Assembly (NCBI GenBank): GCA_016203445.1
Contig: JACQMS010000019.1
Span: 7,473 to 71,472, forward strand
Direction: 5' to 3'
Length of the DNA: 64,000 bases
Origin: Candidatus Woesearchaeota archaeon
GTDB taxonomy: Archaea; Nanobdellota; Nanobdellia; Woesearchaeales; ARS49
Below the pieces are notes generated by a model. That model was given only the letters and a program-made list of their open reading frames with translations. It ran no database searches and was not told the origin of the DNA. Position numbers and translations under genes: made by a program. Position 1 is the first letter of the stretch. Each line of letters begins with the position of its first letter. Below are positions 44,506 to 53,222 of the stretch, one piece after another.

Positions 44506-46508
44506 TCTATCACCGGCTTGTTAGTTTGAGTTATTGTTCCTTCATTAAGGAGCTTTGCCATTCCTTCATCATCATCTGCAGGGTAGTATTCTACCAGCGT
44601 TAATTTTATCGTGTCTTTGCCTTCAATTTCTGAACTTTTTATTTTCCATTCTTGGTTCACGAACCCTCCTCTTAATTTTCCGAAAGTTGTTAAGTATGAT
44701 TCTATTTCGTAAGTGTGGGTTCCTTCAGCTATACTTATTGTGTTGTCTCTTGGATAATTTATGTATTGTGAGTATTCTGGGTGGTGCAACGCTATAGTTG
44801 CATTGTTTGTTCTTCCCAACTCTTCTTCAGGACCCCATCTGAACTCTTCACTTCTGTCTGAAAAATAAGATTTTTTCACTATTTTCAAATTCATTACTCT
44901 TATTGCCTGCATTGGCAATAACAATTCTTTCTGGTCTGTATCTAACTGCTCGCTTGCGGGAAGATATCCCTCTTTTTCTAGAGTTATTGTTGGATTGCTG
45001 CACGCTGACGGTAGGTATGTTACAAGCTGATATGTTCCACTACCGTCGCTCTTCGTGCTCCCCAGATTGCATGTTCTTCCAAAGCACTCGTACGATACGT
45101 TCACATCTTTTATGGGCGTTTTTATTGGAAGTCCTTCCTCGCTTCCCAATCCTTGGACCGTTATTATTTCGTCACCAGTTTCTCTGCAGAATTCTTCGTC
45201 TTCAACATATCCCTGAAAGTTTTTCCACGGTTTTGGATCTCTGAATCCTTCGTTATTTCTTATAAGTATAGGTGTTGCAAAACTGAAAGTGAACCCTTCA
45301 CCCAAAAATGCTTTTTCGTCCTGCAAAGTTATAAGTACAGGTATTCTCATCGTGTATGCAAAGTGATAAGTGTTAAGGCATAAAAAGTTCAGTTTTGGTA
45401 TAGCACTTTTTTTCTGGCTCGTTAATTTTCCTCCATCGCTAGGATTTATTGTTATATCCATATCCCATTCGGGGTAGTATTGTATTGAAACTCCTACTGG
45501 CTGTGATGATTTAACCCCCATATCTAAGTATAAGTGCGCATAATCATAAAAATCTTCAGGGAGATTTTCAGGAATTCTTCCTTCACCAACGTCGTTGAAT
45601 GCCGCCCTGAAACCTTCAATTCCTTCAGCATCATCACTTGTGTACATGTTAGATACTTTTTTGTACTCTTTCTCAGAATTCTCGAAAGGTGTTGTCAAAG
45701 TGTTTTTTATTCTTATTCTTGGCAAAAGCGTTTGCATCATCGTTTTTATCTCGTTCTCTACATCTTTAACTCTCCAAGTTTTAGTGTCACAACTGAAGTC
45801 TAAGCCATTAACAGGAGTGTTAGGGTTTGCGCTCAACAACCCTATTACTGCTTTTTCCAACTTGTTGTTTTCATTTTCTGATTTTTGTATAACTCTTGCA
45901 GTTTCCAATATACTTTTCAGTTTTACTGGCATTGTTGTTTCGAATACTTCTATTTTTGGCACTCCTTCAACAAGGTCTAGTGTTGTTGGCATAAATATTT
46001 TTATTATTACGTTTTCTTCACCAAGTATTGCAGCCACGCTTACGTTGCCTTCTTGCCTGGCTCCATAATTTTCGAAGCCTTCAAAATTGTTTATGCATTC
46101 CGGAAGGTTGTTTTCTATTACTCTTTCGAGTTCCGCCTGAACTTCTTCAATAGTTGGAGCTCTGTCTTCACCTTTGTGGTACCATAGTGGTGTTCTTATA
46201 AGTTTTCCGGGATCTTGAAAAACATATGCTGAAGGGTCCCTCTCTATATTTCTAGGAATGTTTATGAATCCTCCCTGCAACCCTATATCTATCAACGCGT
46301 CCTTTCCTACCTGTTCCGCACAGCTTTTCACAAAGTCGTAAACTGGCCTCACATTTGACGGTATTGACTGTACTGCTATCATCTGCTGTTTTGTCACTAT
46401 ATAGAATGTTGCTCCCATAACCATCAGCACTGCCAAGCCAATTATTATGAAGAATGATGTTTGCCCTTTTCCTGAATTCCTGAAAAAACTTTTTTCTTTT
46501 TTCATCAT
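44502..46508 (-). CDS. Membrane-anchored 668-aa protein, paralogue of the 16031-18232 product
   Basis: N-terminal TM 'SFFIIIGLAVLMVMGATFYIV'. Conserved blocks shared with the 733-aa protein. Confidence 0.55.
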   Translation of the reverse strand: MMKKEKSFFRNSGKGQTSFFIIIGLAVLMVMGATFYIVTKQQMIAVQSIPSNVRPVYDFVKSCAEQVGKDALIDIGLQGGFINIPRNIERDPSAYVFQDPGKLIRTPLWYHKGEDRAPTIEEVQAELERVIENNLPECINNFEGFENYGARQEGNVSVAAILGEENVIIKIFMPTTLDLVEGVPKIEVFETTMPVKLKSILETARVIQKSENENNKLEKAVIGLLSANPNTPVNGLDFSCDTKTWRVKDVENEIKTMMQTLLPRIRIKNTLTTPFENSEKEYKKVSNMYTSDDAEGIEGFRAAFNDVGEGRIPENLPEDFYDYAHLYLDMGVKSSQPVGVSIQYYPEWDMDITINPSDGGKLTSQKKSAIPKLNFLCLNTYHFAYTMRIPVLITLQDEKAFLGEGFTFSFATPILIRNNEGFRDPKPWKNFQGYVEDEEFCRETGDEIITVQGLGSEEGLPIKTPIKDVNVSYECFGRTCNLGSTKSDGSGTYQLVTYLPSACSNPTITLEKEGYLPASEQLDTDQKELLLPMQAIRVMNLKIVKKSYFSDRSEEFRWGPEEELGRTNNATIALHHPEYSQYINYPRDNTISIAEGTHTYEIESYLTTFGKLRGGFVNQEWKIKSSEIEGKDTIKLTLVEYYPADDDEGMAKLLNEGTITQTNKPVIE

Positions 46509-46558
46509 TTTTTTACGCTGTCATATTTTTTTTACAGTTTTATATTTACATTTTATAT

Positions 46559-47380
46559 TTATAATACATTATTTTCTTTAATCGCTCTTGCATGAACTCT
46601 TATCGCTGAGAGCCACGGGGATATCAATATTGCGAATGTGAGAATCCATTGAGTTGATTCACTGCCTTTTTGGACGTAAGGCGCGAGCAGTGATAACAGT
46701 GCTATAAGTATTAATGCTGCTGTGTATGATGGAAGCATTTTGTAAATTTTAGCAGTGCTTTTTACAACTTCTCTGAATGCTTCATTGATTTTTTGGTGTT
46801 CTGAAAACCCTTCGTGAAGCCATATAGTCAAATGTAAGTATGCCGCTAGCGGTGCGAGCATGATTATGTAATAAATAATCGTTCCTATAATATAATTTAT
46901 TGAGTATATTACTCCTATTATTGGTATAATCGCGGGCAGTATTGCATATATGTGAATTGCGCCAATGATAAGCCACGCTATAGTCCACAACGTGTTAAGC
47001 CAGAAGAATCTTCCGTAATCAATTTTTTTACTCGTTATAATTCTTAGTATTATCCCTCTTGTGAAAGTGTATGATACCAAGTATGCTATAATTAGCGCGA
47101 TTAGCAATATTCCTGCTCTTATGAAGAACGATTGTAGCGCCACATTAGCTATCGATGCCTGACCCAAATCTCCTCCGGATACTGCATCACTTACTTGCAC
47201 TAGTTTTGATAATGCTTCGTTAATATTAGAGCTGAACAAGTTTAAAGCGTATAGAACTACCGTGAAATGTACCGCATCAAAAATCCATGATGCCAAGAAT
47301 TCTCTGTACTTTTTTCCTGTGTCCATTAACGATTTTAACAGTTTTTTGACGTAATGACCACCCGAGTGTTCATGCTTCAT
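46559..47380 (-). CDS. Polytopic membrane protein (hypothetical), first gene of cassette 2
   Basis: 273 aa with about 6 TM helices. Confidence 0.45.
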   Translation of the reverse strand: MKHEHSGGHYVKKLLKSLMDTGKKYREFLASWIFDAVHFTVVLYALNLFSSNINEALSKLVQVSDAVSGGDLGQASIANVALQSFFIRAGILLIALIIAYLVSYTFTRGIILRIITSKKIDYGRFFWLNTLWTIAWLIIGAIHIYAILPAIIPIIGVIYSINYIIGTIIYYIIMLAPLAAYLHLTIWLHEGFSEHQKINEAFREVVKSTAKIYKMLPSYTAALILIALLSLLAPYVQKGSESTQWILTFAILISPWLSAIRVHARAIKENNVL

Positions 47381-47446
47381 ATTAACCCCTTTTTATTGAC
47401 GAAATTTCGTCGTTGAGTATATAAATATTGCGCATGTTTTGGCTTA

Positions 47447-47755
47447 AAATGTCAGAAACCGCCATTCATAACATTCTCGCTTAAGTTTGAAGTGAGAAAG
47501 CGGTTTCTGAGCATGATCAAGAACCGCAGTTCTTGACATCCTAAAAATGTCGGAAACTTTCCATCGGTTTGTAACTGGTAGCTGAAGCAAACCATGCAGT
47601 GAATATGGAAAGTTTCTGAGCATGATCAAGAACCACTGTGCGCTATTGCGTTAAGCAACATACCGCTGGTCTTTGACTAGTGGTTCTTGACATCCGCGAA
47701 TCAGAAAGCGTCTGATCAAACTCCACACTTTAGTGTGGAGTAGGACGCTTTCCGC
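47447..47755. repeat. Hairpin repeat cluster (copies B1 and B2 plus a terminal hairpin); candidate structured non-coding RNA
   Basis: Two units, each built from AAAATGTC(A/G)GAAAC…GTTTCTGAGCATGATCAAGAACC…GGTTCTTGACATCC inverted-repeat pairs. A final GAAAGCGTC…CCACACTTTAGTGTGG…GACGCTTTC hairpin follows. Motifs are shared with copies A and C. Confidence 0.45.
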
Positions 47756-47789
47756 AGATTTTTATGATTAGTAATTGAATCGCTAACCA

Positions 47790-48797
47790 TTACTCCGTGC
47801 CTTCCCAACTGCCTGTTTTAGGATCATATAATTCTTCGTACGCTATGTGCGTAAATTTTGAGTTTCTTAATAGATCTTCTGATTTCTTCTTTAGTATAAT
47901 TTTTATATCTATAATTTCCCCTTTTTCTGCCGCGGTGAGCAATTGTTCGGTTTTTGATGGTTCTACCTGCGCCACGTTTAGAAATCCTTCGCGAGTCTTG
48001 TAAACCTTTAGCATAGTAGTGTTTTTGTAAAGTTCGTTTGCGCAAAGTTTTTTTGTGGTTATATAATAATAATCTCTGTCGTTGTTGTAAGGTAAATATT
48101 CTACTCTTGTTTCTATTATTAGCGGTTGTAGTGATGTCATTGTTCTTCTTATGGCGTGAATTCCCTGCTGATCCGTTAATACTTTTGGGCAATAATGCTT
48201 CAAATTTTTTCCTACTTTTTCTTTGAACCTTTTCCATACATGTTGCGCGTTTGTTGCCCTGTTTTTGTATTCAAAAATGCAGGGAATTATTAAAGGATTT
48301 TTTTTTAAAGTTTTTAATTGTGTCAGCGCCTCGCACTTTTTGAAGTGTTCTTCTATTTCCTTGTCATAATCTTTTTCTGAAGCAGTTCCATCAAAATTGT
48401 ATATTGTTTTTCCTGTTGTTAAAAAATTCATTTTTTTGTCTCTGTATGGCAGTAGTATAGTGTTTAGTTGCTTTCCGCTTTTGTAATCATGGAGTTTTAC
48501 TGAGTATGTACACCATTTTTTTAGGTTTTGTGGCAGCTCTCCCCAGCATTGGTGAGCCGTTAGTCCTATTGCTTCGTAGTAAAATGCCGGAAAGTAAAAA
48601 AATTGAGGTCTCTGTTCCGGGTTTGGTCCTTTGAGGGTGTTCATCCAGTGCTGTATTGTTTTCACGCTTACTTTCTCATCGTAGACTTTTATGCTTTTTG
48701 ATATTTCTCTGTAGCTTAATACTCTTGGTTGTTGTGTTAATTGTTGTATGAAATTTATTAGTTTTGGGTGCGTTTCTGTGAGAGTCATCTTTCTCAT
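47790..48797 (-). CDS. Hypothetical Lys-rich protein (335 aa), possible N-terminal HTH
   Basis: ORF only. Confidence 0.4.
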   Translation of the reverse strand: MRKMTLTETHPKLINFIQQLTQQPRVLSYREISKSIKVYDEKVSVKTIQHWMNTLKGPNPEQRPQFFYFPAFYYEAIGLTAHQCWGELPQNLKKWCTYSVKLHDYKSGKQLNTILLPYRDKKMNFLTTGKTIYNFDGTASEKDYDKEIEEHFKKCEALTQLKTLKKNPLIIPCIFEYKNRATNAQHVWKRFKEKVGKNLKHYCPKVLTDQQGIHAIRRTMTSLQPLIIETRVEYLPYNNDRDYYYITTKKLCANELYKNTTMLKVYKTREGFLNVAQVEPSKTEQLLTAAEKGEIIDIKIILKKKSEDLLRNSKFTHIAYEELYDPKTGSWEGTE

Positions 48798-48907
48798 TGC
48801 AGTAATAACAACTATTTAAATGTTTACTTTTTCGTCAATAAAGGTTAACAGATTTATTTATATTCCATTACTATATTTCTTCAATAAAAGGTATTAAAGG
48901 TGCCATT

Positions 48908-49150
48908 ATGCTATTAAAAAGCTCAAGAATAGTAATAATTTGTTGTGCAGTGCTCCTTGCAGTCTTCATTTTGTTGTCACTTGCAACCAATCAGAATATA
49001 ACTGGTAGCGCTTCAGGAATTCCTAAGGATTGCACTGCTTCGTGCAGAGAGAGGTCTTTAACTATTGAAGATTTTGAGAGGTGCATTAACGAGTCTTGTT
49101 CGGTGATAAACAGCGAACCCCCAAGCAGTATAACAACGTACGTGAAATGA
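48908..49150 (+). CDS. Small secreted Cys-containing protein (hypothetical)
   Basis: Signal-like 'IVIICCAVLLAVFILLSLA' and four Cys in the mature part. Confidence 0.3.
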   Translation: MLLKSSRIVIICCAVLLAVFILLSLATNQNITGSASGIPKDCTASCRERSLTIEDFERCINESCSVINSEPPSSITTYVK

Positions 49151-49185
49151 TGATAAGAAGAAAAACTTCATTGCAGTCAAATCAT

Positions 49186-49635
49186 TCACAATTTTTCTGT
49201 TTCATTCAACATTTCTTTTATAAGTTTTATTGCTTGTTCGGATTTTTTGAGTATGTGTATTCCTTCCTCAAAATTTATCGTTTTTCCATAATAATTCAAA
49301 CCATTGCGTATAAGTCTTAATTCATCGAATCTATCGCCCATGTTTGAATTCTTCATTACTTCTTTTAAGAACGCGGTGTAACACTCATGATTATATATTT
49401 TATATCCTTTTCGCAAAGCTATGCACTCTAATATTTCTCGTAGTACATCATAGAAAAGTGTGATCTTTCCATAATACCTTTCATCAGCCATTGAGTTGGC
49501 ATCGTCAAGTTTTCTTTCTGCAACATCCAGTATAGATTTAACTTTATTCTCATCACTCGACGTTTCTTTAACCAATCTTGATAATTTACAAGATGTCCAA
49601 TCCATGCTACCATCTCCCAAAAAGTATGCATCCAT
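49186..49635 (-). CDS. HEPN-domain protein
   Basis: 'DELRLIRNGLNYYG' is a HEPN R-x4-6-[HY] region. Overlaps the upstream NTase gene by 29 nt. Confidence 0.6.
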   Translation of the reverse strand: MDAYFLGDGSMDWTSCKLSRLVKETSSDENKVKSILDVAERKLDDANSMADERYYGKITLFYDVLREILECIALRKGYKIYNHECYTAFLKEVMKNSNMGDRFDELRLIRNGLNYYGKTINFEEGIHILKKSEQAIKLIKEMLNETEKL

Positions 49636-50119
49636 TTAATATATTTTTGAGTAAGTTTTCATTTTTACAGTCCTGCATACTTGAAAATTTTATTAAGTGT
49701 ATTTTTCTGTTTATCTTCTTTTCATATTTTTGAAGAGGCAATTCATTTTCTGAAGGAGTGAAAACTGCGATGTCTATATCCGAATTTTTGCTTATTTCTG
49801 CCTTGGCAAAAGAACCATAAAGAATGATGATTGGGCTTATTAACTTTTCATTCAAAAAATTTATTGTTCCTGTCTTCTCAATTTTTTGCCTCCAGTATAT
49901 TCTTTGTAGGTGTACAAATTCCGCATTATCTCTATTCGCATAGTATAATACATGGCCTTTATCTATTTCTTTATTTAAAATTTTTTCTTTTCTTAAATTC
50001 TTAAGCAGTTTTGATGCAGATGGCGGGCTTATGTTTCTTAATCTTGCATATTCTCTTATATGAATTCTGCGATAGTTATCTTCAAAAAAAAGCTTCAAAT
50101 CGTTAAATAATTTTAACAT
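49607..50119 (-). CDS. Winged-HTH + minimal nucleotidyltransferase fusion (second copy)
   Basis: 'IREYARLRNISPPSASKLLKNLRKEKIL' is the wHTH. 'LYGSFAKAEISKNSDIDIAVF' is the NTase motif. Confidence 0.65.
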   Translation of the reverse strand: MLKLFNDLKLFFEDNYRRIHIREYARLRNISPPSASKLLKNLRKEKILNKEIDKGHVLYYANRDNAEFVHLQRIYWRQKIEKTGTINFLNEKLISPIIILYGSFAKAEISKNSDIDIAVFTPSENELPLQKYEKKINRKIHLIKFSSMQDCKNENLLKNILNGCILFGRW

Positions 50120-50224
50120 GTGTTAATAATAATTAACAACTGTTTATAAATCTTCCTTCCTTTATATGCCCGCCCCTTAGTATTACTCCATCAATGCTTC
50201 TTGCCATTTTTTTGCCTCCATAAT

Positions 50225-51475
50225 CTAAATAGTAAACACTGGCGGCCTGTTCTTGTTCTTAACGGTTACGCTCAGCTTCTTTACAACGTTATTTTGTCCG
50301 TCGCTGCCATTTATTACAACTTCGTAAGTTCCTGCATCGTCATAATTCGTTTCCTTAGTATTAGTAGTCATCCATCCAGAGTATATCAGTGTTACTTTGT
50401 CACCTTCAGGGTCTGTAATCGTTGGGTTTATAGTAACCGTTTCTCCTTCTTCAACAACAATATCCGCCACTTCTATTGTTGGCGGGTTGTTTTTCTTCTT
50501 AACTGTTAGAACGAATGTTGCAGTGTTGCTTAACACGCCATCACTAACATTAACTTCTACATTGTAAACTCCCGCATCACCCATTTTTGTTTCCCATAAC
50601 CCATCAGTTCCTAAAGGCTTTCCAAAGTTTAGTTTTATAGCATCCCCGTCAGGGTCCTGAGCATTGGGCGTTACTAAAACCTTTTCTCCTTCAGTAACAA
50701 TTATATTTTGTAATGCACCTATTACTGGAGGCCTGTTAACATTCATAATTTGTACAGTAACATTTTTTGAGCTTGTTGTTTCCCCGTCACTTGCAGTTAT
50801 CGTCACTGTGTACGTTCCCGCATCGTCATAATCTGTTGTTTGAGAGTTTGTAGTCATCCACCCATTGAATGTTATAGTAACACTTTTATTTTCCGGGTCT
50901 ATTGCCGTTGCATCCAATCGAACTGCTTCGCCCTCTCTTACTGTTATAATTTCTGGAGCGGTTATTACTGGTACCATGTTTGATTGTGTTATCGTTAGAG
51001 TTATCGTTTTATTTACAACATTTGTTCCATCGCTTACAGTTATCAAGACGTTATAATTTCCAGCATCACCTATTTTAGTCTTCCAGCCTCCAGTGCTGTT
51101 TAGTGGACTGCTGAATGATACTGTCAGCTTGTCACCGTCAGGATCAGTTACTGTTGGTGTTATCTGAACTAGCTCTCCTTCCTTGAAAGTGTGCAATTGT
51201 TGTGTTTGCCCTACTGGTTGTTGAACTATTAGCGGAGTTTCTATAGCTTCTATCGCTGGTGTTTCAGTTGTTTCGTTTTCAATGATCTCTATAACTTGCG
51301 GAGTTTCTTCAGTAGAATTTTCTTCGATGACCGCGCCTCCCGTTATTGGAGCCAGTTCCCCGCTGTCGAAATTTATCGGAGTGCTGTCGGGGCAGACTAT
51401 TTTCTGCGCCTGGACGCAAGATGTCAGAAATATTAAAACCACTAATAGTGATGTAATCACCAATGCTTTTTTCAT
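50225..51475 (-). CDS. Secreted adhesin-like lipoprotein with four cadherin/Ig-like repeats (DPxxD Ca-binding-like motifs)
   Basis: Signal plus lipobox 'LIFLTSC'. Roughly 90-aa repeats of the form 'PVITAP…VREGE…DPENK…GTYTVTITASDG'. The motifs 'DPDGD' and 'DPEGD' recur. Confidence 0.6.
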   Translation of the reverse strand: MKKALVITSLLVVLIFLTSCVQAQKIVCPDSTPINFDSGELAPITGGAVIEENSTEETPQVIEIIENETTETPAIEAIETPLIVQQPVGQTQQLHTFKEGELVQITPTVTDPDGDKLTVSFSSPLNSTGGWKTKIGDAGNYNVLITVSDGTNVVNKTITLTITQSNMVPVITAPEIITVREGEAVRLDATAIDPENKSVTITFNGWMTTNSQTTDYDDAGTYTVTITASDGETTSSKNVTVQIMNVNRPPVIGALQNIIVTEGEKVLVTPNAQDPDGDAIKLNFGKPLGTDGLWETKMGDAGVYNVEVNVSDGVLSNTATFVLTVKKKNNPPTIEVADIVVEEGETVTINPTITDPEGDKVTLIYSGWMTTNTKETNYDDAGTYEVVINGSDGQNNVVKKLSVTVKNKNRPPVFTI

Positions 51476-51846
51476 TTTTAACAGCCCCCTAAAGGTATTT
51501 ATTTGTTGGGTATCCGTTGTGCTTTTTTAAGCATTATTGTACTCTGGGAGTAGCTTTCTCGCGGCGGGTTTTCTGGTGTAGAAGTCCTAGTATTAACCAG
51601 CCGGCAAGTATAGTTATTAAAGTTGTTGCTATAGTTATTATGCTTCCTCCAACTGGAGTTATTAGCAATGATTGAGGCATGAGCACGCTTCAACTCGCGG
51701 ATTTATAAAACTTGTCTAGTTTTGGTGCATAATTCTTGGTTGAATTGTCTGTGTTGACAATCTTAACACTTTTTCTTGACAAATTGCAGTCTTTCACAGC
51801 TATATTTAAAAACTCTATGCTGAATTTTCTTTGTTTGTCGGGGGTT

Positions 51847-53205
51847 ATGATGAAATTTCTTGAAATTATCAGGAATCGTAGAAGTGTTAGAAGGTTTTCT
51901 GATAAAAAAGTCCCGCCATTTCTAGTTAAGAAAATAATCGAGGCAGGAACTTTTGCTCCCACTAATTGTAATCAGCAATTGTGGAATTTTGTTGTTATTA
52001 CTGATGGCGCGATAAAAGAAAGGCTGGTTAGAGACGCGGCATCTTCTACTATTATACTTAGAGCTCCTGTCGTTATAGCTGTTTTGTATGATGGATGGAA
52101 TTATAAGGAGGCCATTCAGGGCGGTAGCCTTGCTCTTCAGAACATGTTGTTGGCATCTACTTATTATGGTGTTGGTTGTTTATCGATGAACAGTTATGGC
52201 GCGGATACCGTTATCAAAAAAATTTTAAAAATTCCTGATAATCAAACTATTTGTTGTTTTATGCTTCTAGGATACCCCGATAAAATTTACAAAAATACTT
52301 CCGCAGTTCCCAGGAGAGAAATTGTGGAAGTTCTTCATAATAATTATTTTGTTGAAAGAGCCGGTTATCAGACGTTTAATTCTTATAATCCTGAAAATTG
52401 GTCTCTTAAATCTTTAAGGGAATTTCAAAAGTACTATTGCAGAAAAACTTTTTTGGGCAAGGAGATGGATATACTTCATAGTGTTGAAAAGAGTGTTGTT
52501 CAGAATAGTATTAAAATACTTAATGGCAGGGTTCTTGATTTTTTTTCTTATGATGGAACTTATGTTGATTTATTTCCTGCAAATGCTCTAGTAACAACGA
52601 CCGATTTGTGTTCTGAGACTGCAGAATATACTAAAACTGCGGTTAAGGGAAAGAATTGTTTTGCAAAATTTGAAAATTTTAATGTTTATGATGAATCCGT
52701 CGATTCATTTGGTATTTATGACTCGTCCACACTTATATACAAGGCGGAAAGGCTTCCAAGAACTGTGTTGAAGAGGGTTTTACTTCAATCATATAATTCT
52801 TTGCGTGGTGGCGGGGAAATTCTTATTATTTCTAGGAGGAATAACATTTTGTTCATGATTTTTTATCATTTGATAAAATTATTATTTGGTGATGATACTA
52901 GAAAGACAGGCATTTACGCTTTTTTTGGTCCTTACAAACCTTTAGATAGTTTTTTAGTAAGGAAATATCTGATGATTGCAGGATTTTCAAAAGTAAAAAT
53001 GACTAATTATTGTTTTATTCCTCCATTTTTTGAACAGGCATATCAAATGTTCTTGCAATTCAGAAAAAGTGAAGGGTCAACGTACCTTCATAGAGTTCCA
53101 ATAGTTACTCCTGTAACAAGATTTTTGTCGTGGATTATTAGAATTCAGGGGTTGAGAAAGAGCATTTTTGGCAGTATTATTGTAATTCGTGCCGTGAAAA
53201 AGTGA
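51847..53205 (+). CDS. Nitroreductase-family domain fused to a class-I SAM-methyltransferase-like domain
   Basis: N-terminal 'RRSVRRFSDKKVP…IIEAGTFAPTNCNQQLWNFVVI' (nitroreductase). C-terminal 'VLDFFSYDGTYVDLF' (motif-I-like) and 'LRGGGEILII'. Confidence 0.55.
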   Translation: MMKFLEIIRNRRSVRRFSDKKVPPFLVKKIIEAGTFAPTNCNQQLWNFVVITDGAIKERLVRDAASSTIILRAPVVIAVLYDGWNYKEAIQGGSLALQNMLLASTYYGVGCLSMNSYGADTVIKKILKIPDNQTICCFMLLGYPDKIYKNTSAVPRREIVEVLHNNYFVERAGYQTFNSYNPENWSLKSLREFQKYYCRKTFLGKEMDILHSVEKSVVQNSIKILNGRVLDFFSYDGTYVDLFPANALVTTTDLCSETAEYTKTAVKGKNCFAKFENFNVYDESVDSFGIYDSSTLIYKAERLPRTVLKRVLLQSYNSLRGGGEILIISRRNNILFMIFYHLIKLLFGDDTRKTGIYAFFGPYKPLDSFLVRKYLMIAGFSKVKMTNYCFIPPFFEQAYQMFLQFRKSEGSTYLHRVPIVTPVTRFLSWIIRIQGLRKSIFGSIIVIRAVKK

Positions 53206-53222
53206 TAGTGGATTTTGCGAAT

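Noticed and set aside
47444-47629. 61-aa ORF inside the hairpin repeat cluster
   Set aside because: It lies entirely within nested inverted repeats and has no plausible start context. It is more likely non-coding.
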